Shown: piece after piece, positions 20,736 to 29,360 of the stretch | Numbering within the stretch: the stretch's first letter is position 1 | Layout of the letters: the number at the start of each line of letters is the position of its first letter | Program-made: the position numbers and the translations under genes | NCBI GenBank assembly: GCA_038064835.1 | Contig: JBBTSD010000006.1 | Coordinates: 7,669 to 71,668, forward strand | Direction: 5' to 3' | Source of the DNA: Patescibacteria group bacterium | GTDB lineage: Bacteria > Patescibacteriota > Minisyncoccia > Phycocordibacterales > UBA2100 | Length of the DNA stretch: 64,000 nt | Notes under the pieces: generated by a model | The model's input: the letters and a program-made list of their open reading frames with translations, nothing else | Databases searched by the model: none | What the model was told of the DNA's origin: nothing

Positions 20736-22486
20736 TCGAGTCTAAGACTGCAGTGCGCATATACGATAATTCAAATCTCGCTGAAAGTTATGCTGGGGCG
20801 GTCGCACCACTCACGACCTCGTTTGCCAACAGCCTGTATGAAGGAGTGTATCGCCACTTTACAAGTTTTATGGGCGTCAGCACTGCAGATCAGCATCGGC
20901 ATGAAGCTATGTTTTCTCAGATGGTTGTGAGTATTGGTTATCATTTGTACTACGATCTACAAAACTGGTATACCCTGGTTTCATTGCTCCCTGGATACGC
21001 ATACAACAAATCCTTTTTTGAACATATGTTGGGAATTCCTCCAGGAGCAGGCGTAGTCGTTCCAAGTCACGCAAAAAGAAAGAAAGTGCGGAAAGCGCTT
21101 TCCTCGACGCGACTGGTAGTGCAACTTGCAAAAATTGCCCTTGTTTTTTGTGCCATGCCGATTCTCGTCGCGCGCTTTAATCGGCGCTTCGATCAAGTTT
21201 TTAAACAATTGAGTGGAATGAAATTAGCTGAATTGGATTATAAAGAACTATGCAACCACTACCAGAACATGCGCAGAGATTTAGTGCGCCTGTGGCGTGT
21301 ACCCATCGCAAATGACTTTGCAGTAATGGTGAGTACAGGGATCGCTCGTTCGCTTTACAAAAAATGGGCGCTCGATGATGAGTTTGTAACGCGACTGACT
21401 CTCCTGTCGCGGGCCAGTCTCTCAACTCTTGATCCAGGTCGTCTTTTGGTCAAGATGAAAAAACAAAGCGCGACTGATGCGACTATTTCGGCGCTCTTGG
21501 AGAGTCAGACAACAGCGAAAGAAGTCTATAAACGCTTGTGTCGTGAACATGCGGATACGGTGTGTGTAAAAAGTATCATTGCATACATAGCCCAATACGG
21601 TAGCCGTGTTCCAAACGAACTGAAGCTTGAAGCTGCCACATTACACGAGGAGCCAGAGCATATTGTCACCATGCTTCGCGCAATAGGAAATACCGACAGT
21701 GATCTTTTTCAAAACCGGGTTGCGGGTGGGGTTGGGTATGTGCCGTTGCGCATACCTGTGCAAGGGTTTTGGAAACAAAAGTTGCTGGCGTGGATGCTTG
21801 GTTGGGCTAGAGCCTCTATCCGTCGTCGAGAAGAAACACGATTACGGCGCACACAAATTTTTGGACATGCGCGTCAGGTTTTTCTAGCAACGGGGCAGCA
21901 TTTAATGAATGAGGGGATCATTGCATCAACAGCAGATGTGATGTTCCTTACGGCTCAAGAATTGTGCGCCGCGGACGCCACTTTCTTGTGGCGCACCCGT
22001 ATCGACGAGCGAAAAAAGAACATGTCTCGATGGGAGCAAATTTCGATGCCGACACGCATAGAGTCTGCAGATTCAATTCAGGAAATTGAGAAGAAAATTT
22101 TCTCGACTAGTGTCGCATCTGTATCAGCAACAACACCGCACCTCCTTCGTGGCGTTGTTGCTTCGCGGGCAGGGCGTACGACTGTTAGCGGTAAGGTGCT
22201 GGTTCTGCGCGAATTCGATCATAACGCAGACTTTCGCGATCGGATTTTGGTAACACGACATACCGATCCTGGGTGGACAGTGGTGTTTCCTTTGGTACGC
22301 GCCATCGTTGTCGAACGCGGAGGTATTCTTTCACACGCCTCCATTGTGGCGCGTGAGATGGGCATTCCGTGCCTCATAGGTGTGTCTACAGCAACCACGG
22401 ATATTCCGCAGAATGCAGAGATTGATATTAACCTTATCGATGGCCTTCTTTCTATTAGGGATGCTTCAAGGGTAACCATCACATAA
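20723..22486 (+). CDS. PEP-utilising enzyme mobile (His swivel) domain protein with a large alpha-helical central domain; C-terminal half of the split phosphotransferase, with rifampin-phosphotransferase-like architecture
   Basis: The C-terminus ...TDPGWTVVFPLVRAIVVERGGILSHASIVAREMGIPCLIGV is the PEP-utilizers swivel domain with the catalytic His. Confidence 0.65.
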   Translation: MALMIESKTAVRIYDNSNLAESYAGAVAPLTTSFANSLYEGVYRHFTSFMGVSTADQHRHEAMFSQMVVSIGYHLYYDLQNWYTLVSLLPGYAYNKSFFEHMLGIPPGAGVVVPSHAKRKKVRKALSSTRLVVQLAKIALVFCAMPILVARFNRRFDQVFKQLSGMKLAELDYKELCNHYQNMRRDLVRLWRVPIANDFAVMVSTGIARSLYKKWALDDEFVTRLTLLSRASLSTLDPGRLLVKMKKQSATDATISALLESQTTAKEVYKRLCREHADTVCVKSIIAYIAQYGSRVPNELKLEAATLHEEPEHIVTMLRAIGNTDSDLFQNRVAGGVGYVPLRIPVQGFWKQKLLAWMLGWARASIRRREETRLRRTQIFGHARQVFLATGQHLMNEGIIASTADVMFLTAQELCAADATFLWRTRIDERKKNMSRWEQISMPTRIESADSIQEIEKKIFSTSVASVSATTPHLLRGVVASRAGRTTVSGKVLVLREFDHNADFRDRILVTRHTDPGWTVVFPLVRAIVVERGGILSHASIVAREMGIPCLIGVSTATTDIPQNAEIDINLIDGLLSIRDASRVTIT

Positions 22487-22488
22487 CT

Positions 22489-23088
22489 ATGAGAATTCCC
22501 TTACTGGTGTATCCACTTGCTTTGACCGGCTTAGCCTTCAGCCTTTCAGTGACGGCAATTTTTACTGTGGTGCGTGGTCATTTTTTTCTTTCATTTGGGT
22601 TTTTGCTTCTGGCATTTACCTGCGATGTATTGGATGGTTTTCTCGCACGGAGACTTACTGTCGTATCGGTGTTTGGCCGCGTGGCAGACAGTGTCGCAGA
22701 TGTTCCATTATATTTGATTTACCCCGTGTGCGTGATACTGACTATGTACGGCTTTAGCGCAGTCGCATTAGTCGGGTCGGTTATTTTTGTATGTGCAGGG
22801 ATATTTCGGCTCATTAGATTTTCTTACAAAGGATTTATAGGTCATGACGGCACATTTATGTACCAAGGGCTTCCCGTATTCGCCTCACTGCCGTGCATGG
22901 GCATGCTCTTGGCGAGCTATGGATACGCACTGCAGCCGTCTGGTTTTGTAGTTCAATTTGTCGGCGTGTGCGTAAGTCTTCTGATGGTAAGTACTATTCC
23001 TGTACCAAAACCCACCCATCCAACCCAGATTGCGGTGATTGTTAGTGTAGCCTTCAGTGGAGGTCTGATACTCTTATGGATTGGTTAG
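22489..23088 (+). CDS. CDP-alcohol phosphatidyltransferase family protein
   Basis: The signature D-x2-DG-x2-AR-x8-G-x3-D-x3-D appears as CDVLDGFLARRLTVVSVFGRVADSVAD. Multi-TM. Confidence 0.8.
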   Translation: MRIPLLVYPLALTGLAFSLSVTAIFTVVRGHFFLSFGFLLLAFTCDVLDGFLARRLTVVSVFGRVADSVADVPLYLIYPVCVILTMYGFSAVALVGSVIFVCAGIFRLIRFSYKGFIGHDGTFMYQGLPVFASLPCMGMLLASYGYALQPSGFVVQFVGVCVSLLMVSTIPVPKPTHPTQIAVIVSVAFSGGLILLWIG

Positions 23089-24074
23089 CGTATCTTGACG
23101 AGCAACGCCACACCGCTCAGTACGAAAGTCTGTTGTTACGCACTTACAATGATCACCCTGCGTTTGGTCATGCGCGGCTATCCTCTTTCCGACGCTTTCT
23201 TTCTTTGGAAAACCCTGCGCGAGAGTTTGTTAGGTGGAAAAATGTACTGGTAGTGCGCGCAGACGCAATTCACGCTCACGCCTGCATTTCTGTCGATTCG
23301 CGAGACACCGGCGTTGCTCATGTGGGTTTTGTAGACTTTGATTCCGGGCAATCGTGCGAGCGTCTCTTTGAAGCAATTGACATTGCTGCTCGCGACTTAG
23401 GAGCCCACACACTTCGCGGACCAATCAACTTCAATTCCTGGCAAGAATTTCGGTGTATTACACGCGACTCTGGAGCCCCGCCTTTTTTCCTTGAACCGGC
23501 TTTACATGAAAGAAGCGAAATTTGGCGCGGGCATGGATTCATGCCAAAAGTTTCCTACCTTTCTCTTGGGCAAAGTGTTCAGCAGGCGCCTTTTGGAGAC
23601 AGGGAGACACCGGGTATAACCATCGAGCGACTTACCCCAAGCATGGCATTTCAAGCTGTTCCTGGGCTTCATTCGGTGGCGCTGGACGCGTTCGGAAGTA
23701 CCTGGGATTTTATCCCCATCTCGTTGGCAGAATTTTCGTATCTCTACCAACCTGCTCTTGCGCAGAGTGGTACCTTTCTGATTCTTGTTGCTCGAGACGA
23801 GCAACAGAAGATTGTGGGTTTTTTTGTCGGAGCGCCTGATGTATACGACAAGGGACAAAAAACACTGGTACTGAAATCAGTAGCAGTTCTTCGTAGTCAC
23901 AAACGGCAAGGAGTCGGCACCGCACTTTTCTTGGCTGTGCACCGCTTTGCTCTCGCACAAGGGTTTGATCGCTATATTTACTCTACAATGCAGGATGAAA
24001 ATATGGCTATACAGAATCTGGTGGGAGCTGGTGAATTTATACGCGCGTACGAAGTGGGTGAGAAAGCACTATGA
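23076..24074 (+). CDS. GNAT-fold acyltransferase family protein (possibly double GNAT)
   Basis: C-terminal LVLKSVAVLRSHKRQGVGTALFLAVHRFALAQGFDRYIY matches the acetyl-CoA-binding motif (Q/R-x-x-G-x-G/A). Confidence 0.5.
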   Translation: MDWLAYLDEQRHTAQYESLLLRTYNDHPAFGHARLSSFRRFLSLENPAREFVRWKNVLVVRADAIHAHACISVDSRDTGVAHVGFVDFDSGQSCERLFEAIDIAARDLGAHTLRGPINFNSWQEFRCITRDSGAPPFFLEPALHERSEIWRGHGFMPKVSYLSLGQSVQQAPFGDRETPGITIERLTPSMAFQAVPGLHSVALDAFGSTWDFIPISLAEFSYLYQPALAQSGTFLILVARDEQQKIVGFFVGAPDVYDKGQKTLVLKSVAVLRSHKRQGVGTALFLAVHRFALAQGFDRYIYSTMQDENMAIQNLVGAGEFIRAYEVGEKAL

Positions 24075-24739
24075 TTTTTGACATAGCGATTATCCTGGCA
24101 GTGTATGGCGGTATTGTCTGTGTTACCGAGATTTTAGGGCGACATGGTGTACTCATACTACTTACCCGAAAGTATGCGCACGCACTTTCCGGCGTTGCGG
24201 CGGCGCTTCTCCCGTTTGCAGTCGAAAAAAATAGTGCGCTGGCATGTGGCATTGTTGGTGCAATTATCTTAGGATTTCTTGTACTGAAAGGATATCTGCC
24301 AGCAATTGGATCTCACGGCGTCTTTGATGTGGGCGTTGTTATGTTTCCGTTAGGGTTATCGCTCTGCGCCTTCTTGTTTTGGAGCGACACCAATTTTCTT
24401 GCCTATCAGTATGCCGCTCTCATGCTGGGATTACCCGATGCGGTAGCTGGTATCGTGGGAACGCGGTATGGGGGGAACTTTTTCAAACGCTACAGTACGA
24501 AATCATTTGAAGGAAGCGCCGCTTTTTTTGCCACGGCTTTTTTTCTCTCCATCTTCTTTCTTACTACCGGAGTGGGAATTTCTTTAGGCATTGCGGTCGC
24601 TTATGCGGCGCTTGCAGGGCTAATTCTTGCTGTCATTGAGGGGGTGTCCCGATGGGGGACAGACAACCTCACTGTGCCGCTTGCCGCAGGTACTCTCGTC
24701 TTTTCATTGTTAAAAACTTTTGTAACCGTAGTGTTGTAG
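24071..24739 (+). CDS. CTP-dependent lipid cytidylyltransferase/kinase family membrane protein (CdsA / dolichol-kinase / phytol-kinase-like)
   Basis: 222 aa, TM-rich. The C-terminal DAVAGIVGTRYGGNFFKRYSTKSFEGSAAFF resembles the CdsA signature (K-R-x4-K-[DS]-x-G). Confidence 0.5.
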   Translation: MIFDIAIILAVYGGIVCVTEILGRHGVLILLTRKYAHALSGVAAALLPFAVEKNSALACGIVGAIILGFLVLKGYLPAIGSHGVFDVGVVMFPLGLSLCAFLFWSDTNFLAYQYAALMLGLPDAVAGIVGTRYGGNFFKRYSTKSFEGSAAFFATAFFLSIFFLTTGVGISLGIAVAYAALAGLILAVIEGVSRWGTDNLTVPLAAGTLVFSLLKTFVTVVL

Positions 24740-25258
24740 AAAAATATTGACCGCACTATGCGCTAAAATTCCGGCGCAAAAAAACAGGAGCAATTGCTGG
24801 ACAGGTGGGTGCTCAATAAAATAAATTGCAACAGTTGCCACAAGCACGGAATCAATGTGATCTACACCCAAGAAAAAGAAGCCCAAAAGCCCGCTACCTC
24901 GCCCGCTTTCGGGAATTCCGATTCGTCGTTTCAGAAAACTGTTTGGGAGCTCCCCAAGCATATATACTGCGCCAACAAGAAACCCAGTTAAAACAAAATA
25001 AATTCCTGGGCCAGTGGCAAAAAGTGCACAGAAAGGCGTGAAAACTGCAGATAAGAAAGCAACTGACAGTACGCCGCGAATAGTTTTGCGAGATCCAAAA
25101 ATTGAACTAGACCCAATTTTCCACCCAGCATCAATAGGTATTGTAAATGTAGAAAAAAGGTTGTTGGGTATAATTAGGACTTGATGTACTAGGTTAGCTA
25201 AAAAAAGAGGAATGCCATACACGACAAGTATTTCCATAGGCGTAGTATATATCCACAA
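24710..25258 (-). CDS. CarS-like / DUF46 family protein (CDP-archaeol synthase-like CTP transferase)
   Basis: IPLFLANLVHQVLI...PIDAGWKIGSSSIFGSRKTIRGVLSVAF...LGELPNSFLKRRIGIP...HSAVNIFLQHYGY aligns block by block with archaeal CarS as recalled from memory (PIDGG...GDGKTIRG...SFIKRR). Confidence 0.55.
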   Translation of the reverse strand: MWIYTTPMEILVVYGIPLFLANLVHQVLIIPNNLFSTFTIPIDAGWKIGSSSIFGSRKTIRGVLSVAFLSAVFTPFCALFATGPGIYFVLTGFLVGAVYMLGELPNSFLKRRIGIPESGRGSGLLGFFFLGVDHIDSVLVATVAIYFIEHPPVQQLLLFFCAGILAHSAVNIFLQHYGYKSF

Positions 25259-25308
25259 CTCAAGCGTTTTACTGTTGCAACTTAATCGCTCGGGTCCATA
25301 CTACACTT

Positions 25309-26358
25309 ATGGACCGTATCATGGAGATTTTGCGTGCGGGGCCACCTATTTTAGCCGACAAAACTCTCACTGGTGGCGGGCTCCTTATGGTAGCAATCGT
25401 GGTTTTGGCGACCGCTATTTTTTTACTGATTTTTGCGCATCACGAAAAAAATTGGTTCAAGCATTACTTGGCGATCGCTGTTGGAGTGTTTATTTTTGAA
25501 ATTTTCACCTCACCTATGTGGATAAATAACCATTTAGGAGAGTTTGGCTACGCCTACCAAGATGTCAGCTGGGTACTTACCCTTGGTTGGTCTACGCTTA
25601 TGCTCAGTATTGTATTTGCCGTCGATTATGTCTGGGGTCACCTGCATGCCTGGAAGAGGTTCCTTGGCTACATCGCAGGCATGAGCGTATTTGGCTTTTT
25701 GGCTGAAATGTTGGTGATGAATCTTGGACTGCGTAGCTATTCACCTGAAATAGCACAGGCAATTTCCGGTCTGTATTTTGTAAACACTCCCGTCGATGCG
25801 CTCTATTACATTCCCGTCTTTAGCGCACTTGTCCTCGGCCTGTACAAGTACTGGACGCTCATCATAGACAATCGCGCTGTTGTGCCGATGCGTGGCGGTT
25901 GGGGACGGAGGTTTGCGCTCACTGCCATCGCAGTGTTTCTTTTCGAATTTATGATTGAACCCATGGTAATAAATACGAATTTTCCTGCGTGGTCATACAT
26001 TTTCCACGACATTTCAATCCTACTCACTTTTGGCTGGACTGCCCTGGTGTGGTTCTCAATCTATGTCGTCGAAGCGCTGTGGCCCAATTTTGACCTTAAG
26101 GAGAAATTTTTTCTGTATCTTGGCGTTATAGGTATTTTTGCACTGCCATTCGAAACTTACCTTCTTACGGCAGGGTATCGCATTTACGAAGGTACCTCAG
26201 CCGGTGATGCCTTTAGTGGCATCTTTTTACCATTACTACACACGCCGATTGAAGTCGCGATGGCGATACCACTTTACTTTGCGCTGGTACTGGGATTCAT
26301 TGGTGCTTGGGACATCATGCTGGTCAACCCGCTTATAAGGAGACAAAAAACCCTCTAG
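25309..26358 (+). CDS. Integral membrane protein built from two homologous halves (internal tandem duplication)
   Basis: FEIFTSPMWINNHLGEFGYAYQDVSWVLTLGWSTLMLSIVFAVDYVWGHL in the first half parallels FEFMIEPMVINTNFPAWSYIFHDISILLTFGWTALVWFSIYVVEALWPNF in the second. Confidence 0.5.
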   Translation: MDRIMEILRAGPPILADKTLTGGGLLMVAIVVLATAIFLLIFAHHEKNWFKHYLAIAVGVFIFEIFTSPMWINNHLGEFGYAYQDVSWVLTLGWSTLMLSIVFAVDYVWGHLHAWKRFLGYIAGMSVFGFLAEMLVMNLGLRSYSPEIAQAISGLYFVNTPVDALYYIPVFSALVLGLYKYWTLIIDNRAVVPMRGGWGRRFALTAIAVFLFEFMIEPMVINTNFPAWSYIFHDISILLTFGWTALVWFSIYVVEALWPNFDLKEKFFLYLGVIGIFALPFETYLLTAGYRIYEGTSAGDAFSGIFLPLLHTPIEVAMAIPLYFALVLGFIGAWDIMLVNPLIRRQKTL

Positions 26359-26361
26359 TAT

Positions 26362-26775
26362 ATGCACAGAGCACTAAAATGGCTGGTAATTTTAGGACTT
26401 GTTGCTGCTGGACTTGCGATGGCTATGCCATTTATAGCTGGCTTTTTGATGGAAATTTTATGCGGTGGTGTAGTCGCAATTGTTGGGCCCGCAGCGTACA
26501 TCGGTAATTTTCTGGGCCCTGTTGCTGGCGGAGGTACTGTTGCATTTCTGGTTGGTCTAGTAATCTGGATCGGCTATCTAGTGATTAGGTATGTGCGGAA
26601 GCGCAAAAAAGATGCGACGATTATTAACACTGTTGAAAACGCGCTACACAAGAATATTGCCTATGTTAAATCTGCGCGCGCAGAGGGTATGTCTGATGTC
26701 CAGATACGCACTGTTTTCCATAATGGCGGTTGGAGTGCTGAAGAAACCGATAAGGTTTTCGCACTAGCCGCCTGA
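26362..26775 (+). CDS. Small membrane protein, hypothetical
   Basis: Three hydrophobic helices and a soluble C-terminal tail. Abuts the previous gene. Confidence 0.4.
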   Translation: MHRALKWLVILGLVAAGLAMAMPFIAGFLMEILCGGVVAIVGPAAYIGNFLGPVAGGGTVAFLVGLVIWIGYLVIRYVRKRKKDATIINTVENALHKNIAYVKSARAEGMSDVQIRTVFHNGGWSAEETDKVFALAA

Positions 26776-26782
26776 TAATCCT

Positions 26783-28123
26783 ATGTCGCCCCGTACACAG
26801 ATTCTCTGTTTCGGGGCATTATTTGCTTTTCCTGCACTCGGCTTTTTTTTTCTGAATCTCGTCGATGATAAGCCTCTGCCAAATAGCGACGGTAGTGCTG
26901 TCGTACAGGAGTGGCTTGGAATGTTTACTCTTCTTACGCAAAAAACTTTTGGCTTCACTCCGCCCGTTGCCGCGCGTGCTTTTGGCTATGCCGGAATCAG
27001 TCTGTATGAAAGCGTGCGCTTCGCCACGCCCGGTTCAAAAAGTCTGGCAGGACAGCTGAATGGGCTCGATGCAACTTTTCTTACGGATCTTGATAGTTCA
27101 AAAACATATAACTGGAATATTGTTGCGAACGCAAATTTGGCAACCATGGCACGAGCATTATACCCAAATGCAACCCCTGTGTACCAGAAAAAAGTTGCGA
27201 AGCTTGAGAGAGATTTGCTTGCGATCTATGCGCGCGGGGTTGATTTTCATGTTGCCGCCGACTCCATCGCGCTCGGGGTTACAATTGCAAATGCGGTGAT
27301 CGTATACGCAGAAACTGACGGACAAAGTCTGGCGTACATGAAAAATTTTCCTACAACCTATACGCTGCCAGTGGGCGATGGTATGTGGGTGCCAACTCCG
27401 CGTGCACACAAAGGCGCGCTTCAGCCCAAATGGGGAGATGTCAGGCCATTTTTGCTAAAAAATGTCTCAGAAACCATGCCTCCACCTCCACCTACATACT
27501 CCACAAACCCACTATCTCCATTCTTTCTTGAAGTACAAGAAGTTTATGATGTTGGAAAAAATCTGACCATTGAACAGCGTGCCATTGCTGAATTTTGGAA
27601 CGATGAACCCATGAAAACACCAACACCACCTGGTCACTCAGTTGCGCTATTGCGGCAAGTGCTTGATGAACAGGATGCGACACTTCACACTGCGGCGATT
27701 GCGTTTGCAAAAATAGGTATTGGTCTGCATGACTCTTTCGTCGCTTGCTGGCGGGCAAAATATACCTACAACCTAATCAGACCCATTACTGTCATTCGGG
27801 AGCACATTGATTCGTCGTTCGATATCCCTTTGGACACGCCACCGTTTCCGGAATATCCATCGGGGCACTCTGTGCAATCCGCCGCATCGGCTCGGATTCT
27901 CTCTAATCTTTTCGGCGAGAAGTATCATTTTGTCGACAGAACGCATAATGGGCGCACGGATATGCATGCGGACACTCGCACATTCGCTTCCTTTGACGCC
28001 TTCGCTCGTGAAGCAGCTGAAAGCCGGCTTTATGGCGGTATTCATTTCCGTTCGGCCATAGAACGCGGCTTGGAACAAGGAAGGCTCATAGGAGAAAATG
28101 TGAACAAGTTGGTATTCCAATAG
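26783..28123 (+). CDS. Secreted PAP2-superfamily protein, vanadium-haloperoxidase / acid-phosphatase-like
   Basis: Signal peptide. PAP2 motifs KYTYNLIRP (K-x6-RP), YPSGHS (PSGH) and SRLYGGIHFRSA (SR-x5-H). Confidence 0.65.
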   Translation: MSPRTQILCFGALFAFPALGFFFLNLVDDKPLPNSDGSAVVQEWLGMFTLLTQKTFGFTPPVAARAFGYAGISLYESVRFATPGSKSLAGQLNGLDATFLTDLDSSKTYNWNIVANANLATMARALYPNATPVYQKKVAKLERDLLAIYARGVDFHVAADSIALGVTIANAVIVYAETDGQSLAYMKNFPTTYTLPVGDGMWVPTPRAHKGALQPKWGDVRPFLLKNVSETMPPPPPTYSTNPLSPFFLEVQEVYDVGKNLTIEQRAIAEFWNDEPMKTPTPPGHSVALLRQVLDEQDATLHTAAIAFAKIGIGLHDSFVACWRAKYTYNLIRPITVIREHIDSSFDIPLDTPPFPEYPSGHSVQSAASARILSNLFGEKYHFVDRTHNGRTDMHADTRTFASFDAFAREAAESRLYGGIHFRSAIERGLEQGRLIGENVNKLVFQ

Positions 28124-28184
28124 GCGACTAGTCTAGCCGATCTAGTCCATTGTAAAAAACAAGAAACCATGGCATGATTTCGCG

Positions 28185-29288
28185 ATGTCACTTTCTATTG
28201 GCATTGTCGGTCTGCCGAATGTCGGAAAATCCACCTTGTTTACTGCGCTCACCAAAAAGAGTGTTTTGATTGCAAATTATCCTTTTGCGACCATCGACCC
28301 TTCAGTGGGAGTTGTCGCGGTTCCAGATGAACGATTACAAAATCTCAGTCGCATGAGTAATTCAACAAAAATAGTTCCTGCGGCCGTCGAGTTTGTTGAT
28401 ATTGCCGGATTGGTGCGTGGTGCATCCGAAGGCGAAGGGCTCGGCAATCAATTCCTTTCGAATATCCGCGAAGTGGACGCCATTGCCGAAGTGGTACGCC
28501 TTTTCGATGATCCAGACATTACCCATGTGCACGGCAGTATCGATCCACTTCACGATGTTGAAGTTATTAATCTCGAGTTGGTCTTGGCAGATTTGCAGGC
28601 AGTCAGCAAACGCCTTGATCGTGTGGTGCGCGAGGCGCGCTCAGGCGACAAAGAGGCACAACTCGAGGCTGATGCACTCAAAAAACTGAGCGATGTGCTA
28701 GAAAAAGGAAAGTTGGCGAGTACAGCGGTGTTGACCGAGATGGAAGCAAAATTAGTACCTTCTTTTCATTTGCTTTCAAACAAGCCGATTTTGTATGTGC
28801 TGAATAAAAAGAGCGGAGCGATTAATGTTGATGCTGAAAATGCAGAGCGCTGGCGAGTGCTCCAGCGATTCTTTGAGGAAAGCGGGGGCAAGTTTGTCAC
28901 TGTGGATGCAGCCTCGGAACATGAATTGAGTGAGGTGCATGATGACGAGCGTGCGCAATTCCGTCGCGATTTGGGCATACACGACGGGGGAGTAGACGGG
29001 CTTATTCGCGCAGGATACGAACTTCTCGATCTTATTTCATACTTCACAACTGGGGAAAAAGAAACCCGCGCATGGACCATTCGTCGCGGGATGACCGCGC
29101 CGGAGGCCGCGGGGGTAATCCATACTGATTTCAAAGACAAATTTATCCGTGCGGATGTCATTCGGTGGGATGATCTGGTACGCGAAGGTTCGTGGGCTGC
29201 TGCGCGCGAAAAGGGGATGGTGCGCACCGAAGGCAAGGACTATGTCGTGCAAGACGGAGATGTTATGGAGTTTCGGCACGGAGCATAG
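28185..29288 (+). CDS. ychF: Ribosome-binding ATPase YchF (Obg-family GTPase)
   Basis: GIVGLPNVGKSTLFTALT P-loop and the YchF C-terminal TGS domain (DFIRADVIRWDDL...). Confidence 0.9.
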   Translation: MSLSIGIVGLPNVGKSTLFTALTKKSVLIANYPFATIDPSVGVVAVPDERLQNLSRMSNSTKIVPAAVEFVDIAGLVRGASEGEGLGNQFLSNIREVDAIAEVVRLFDDPDITHVHGSIDPLHDVEVINLELVLADLQAVSKRLDRVVREARSGDKEAQLEADALKKLSDVLEKGKLASTAVLTEMEAKLVPSFHLLSNKPILYVLNKKSGAINVDAENAERWRVLQRFFEESGGKFVTVDAASEHELSEVHDDERAQFRRDLGIHDGGVDGLIRAGYELLDLISYFTTGEKETRAWTIRRGMTAPEAAGVIHTDFKDKFIRADVIRWDDLVREGSWAAAREKGMVRTEGKDYVVQDGDVMEFRHGA

Positions 29289-29360
29289 CCAGCCTGCCTG
29301 CAACCTTGCGGAAAAGTGGCGTGGCGTCTAGGATGTGATTAGAACACGAAAGGACGGATT

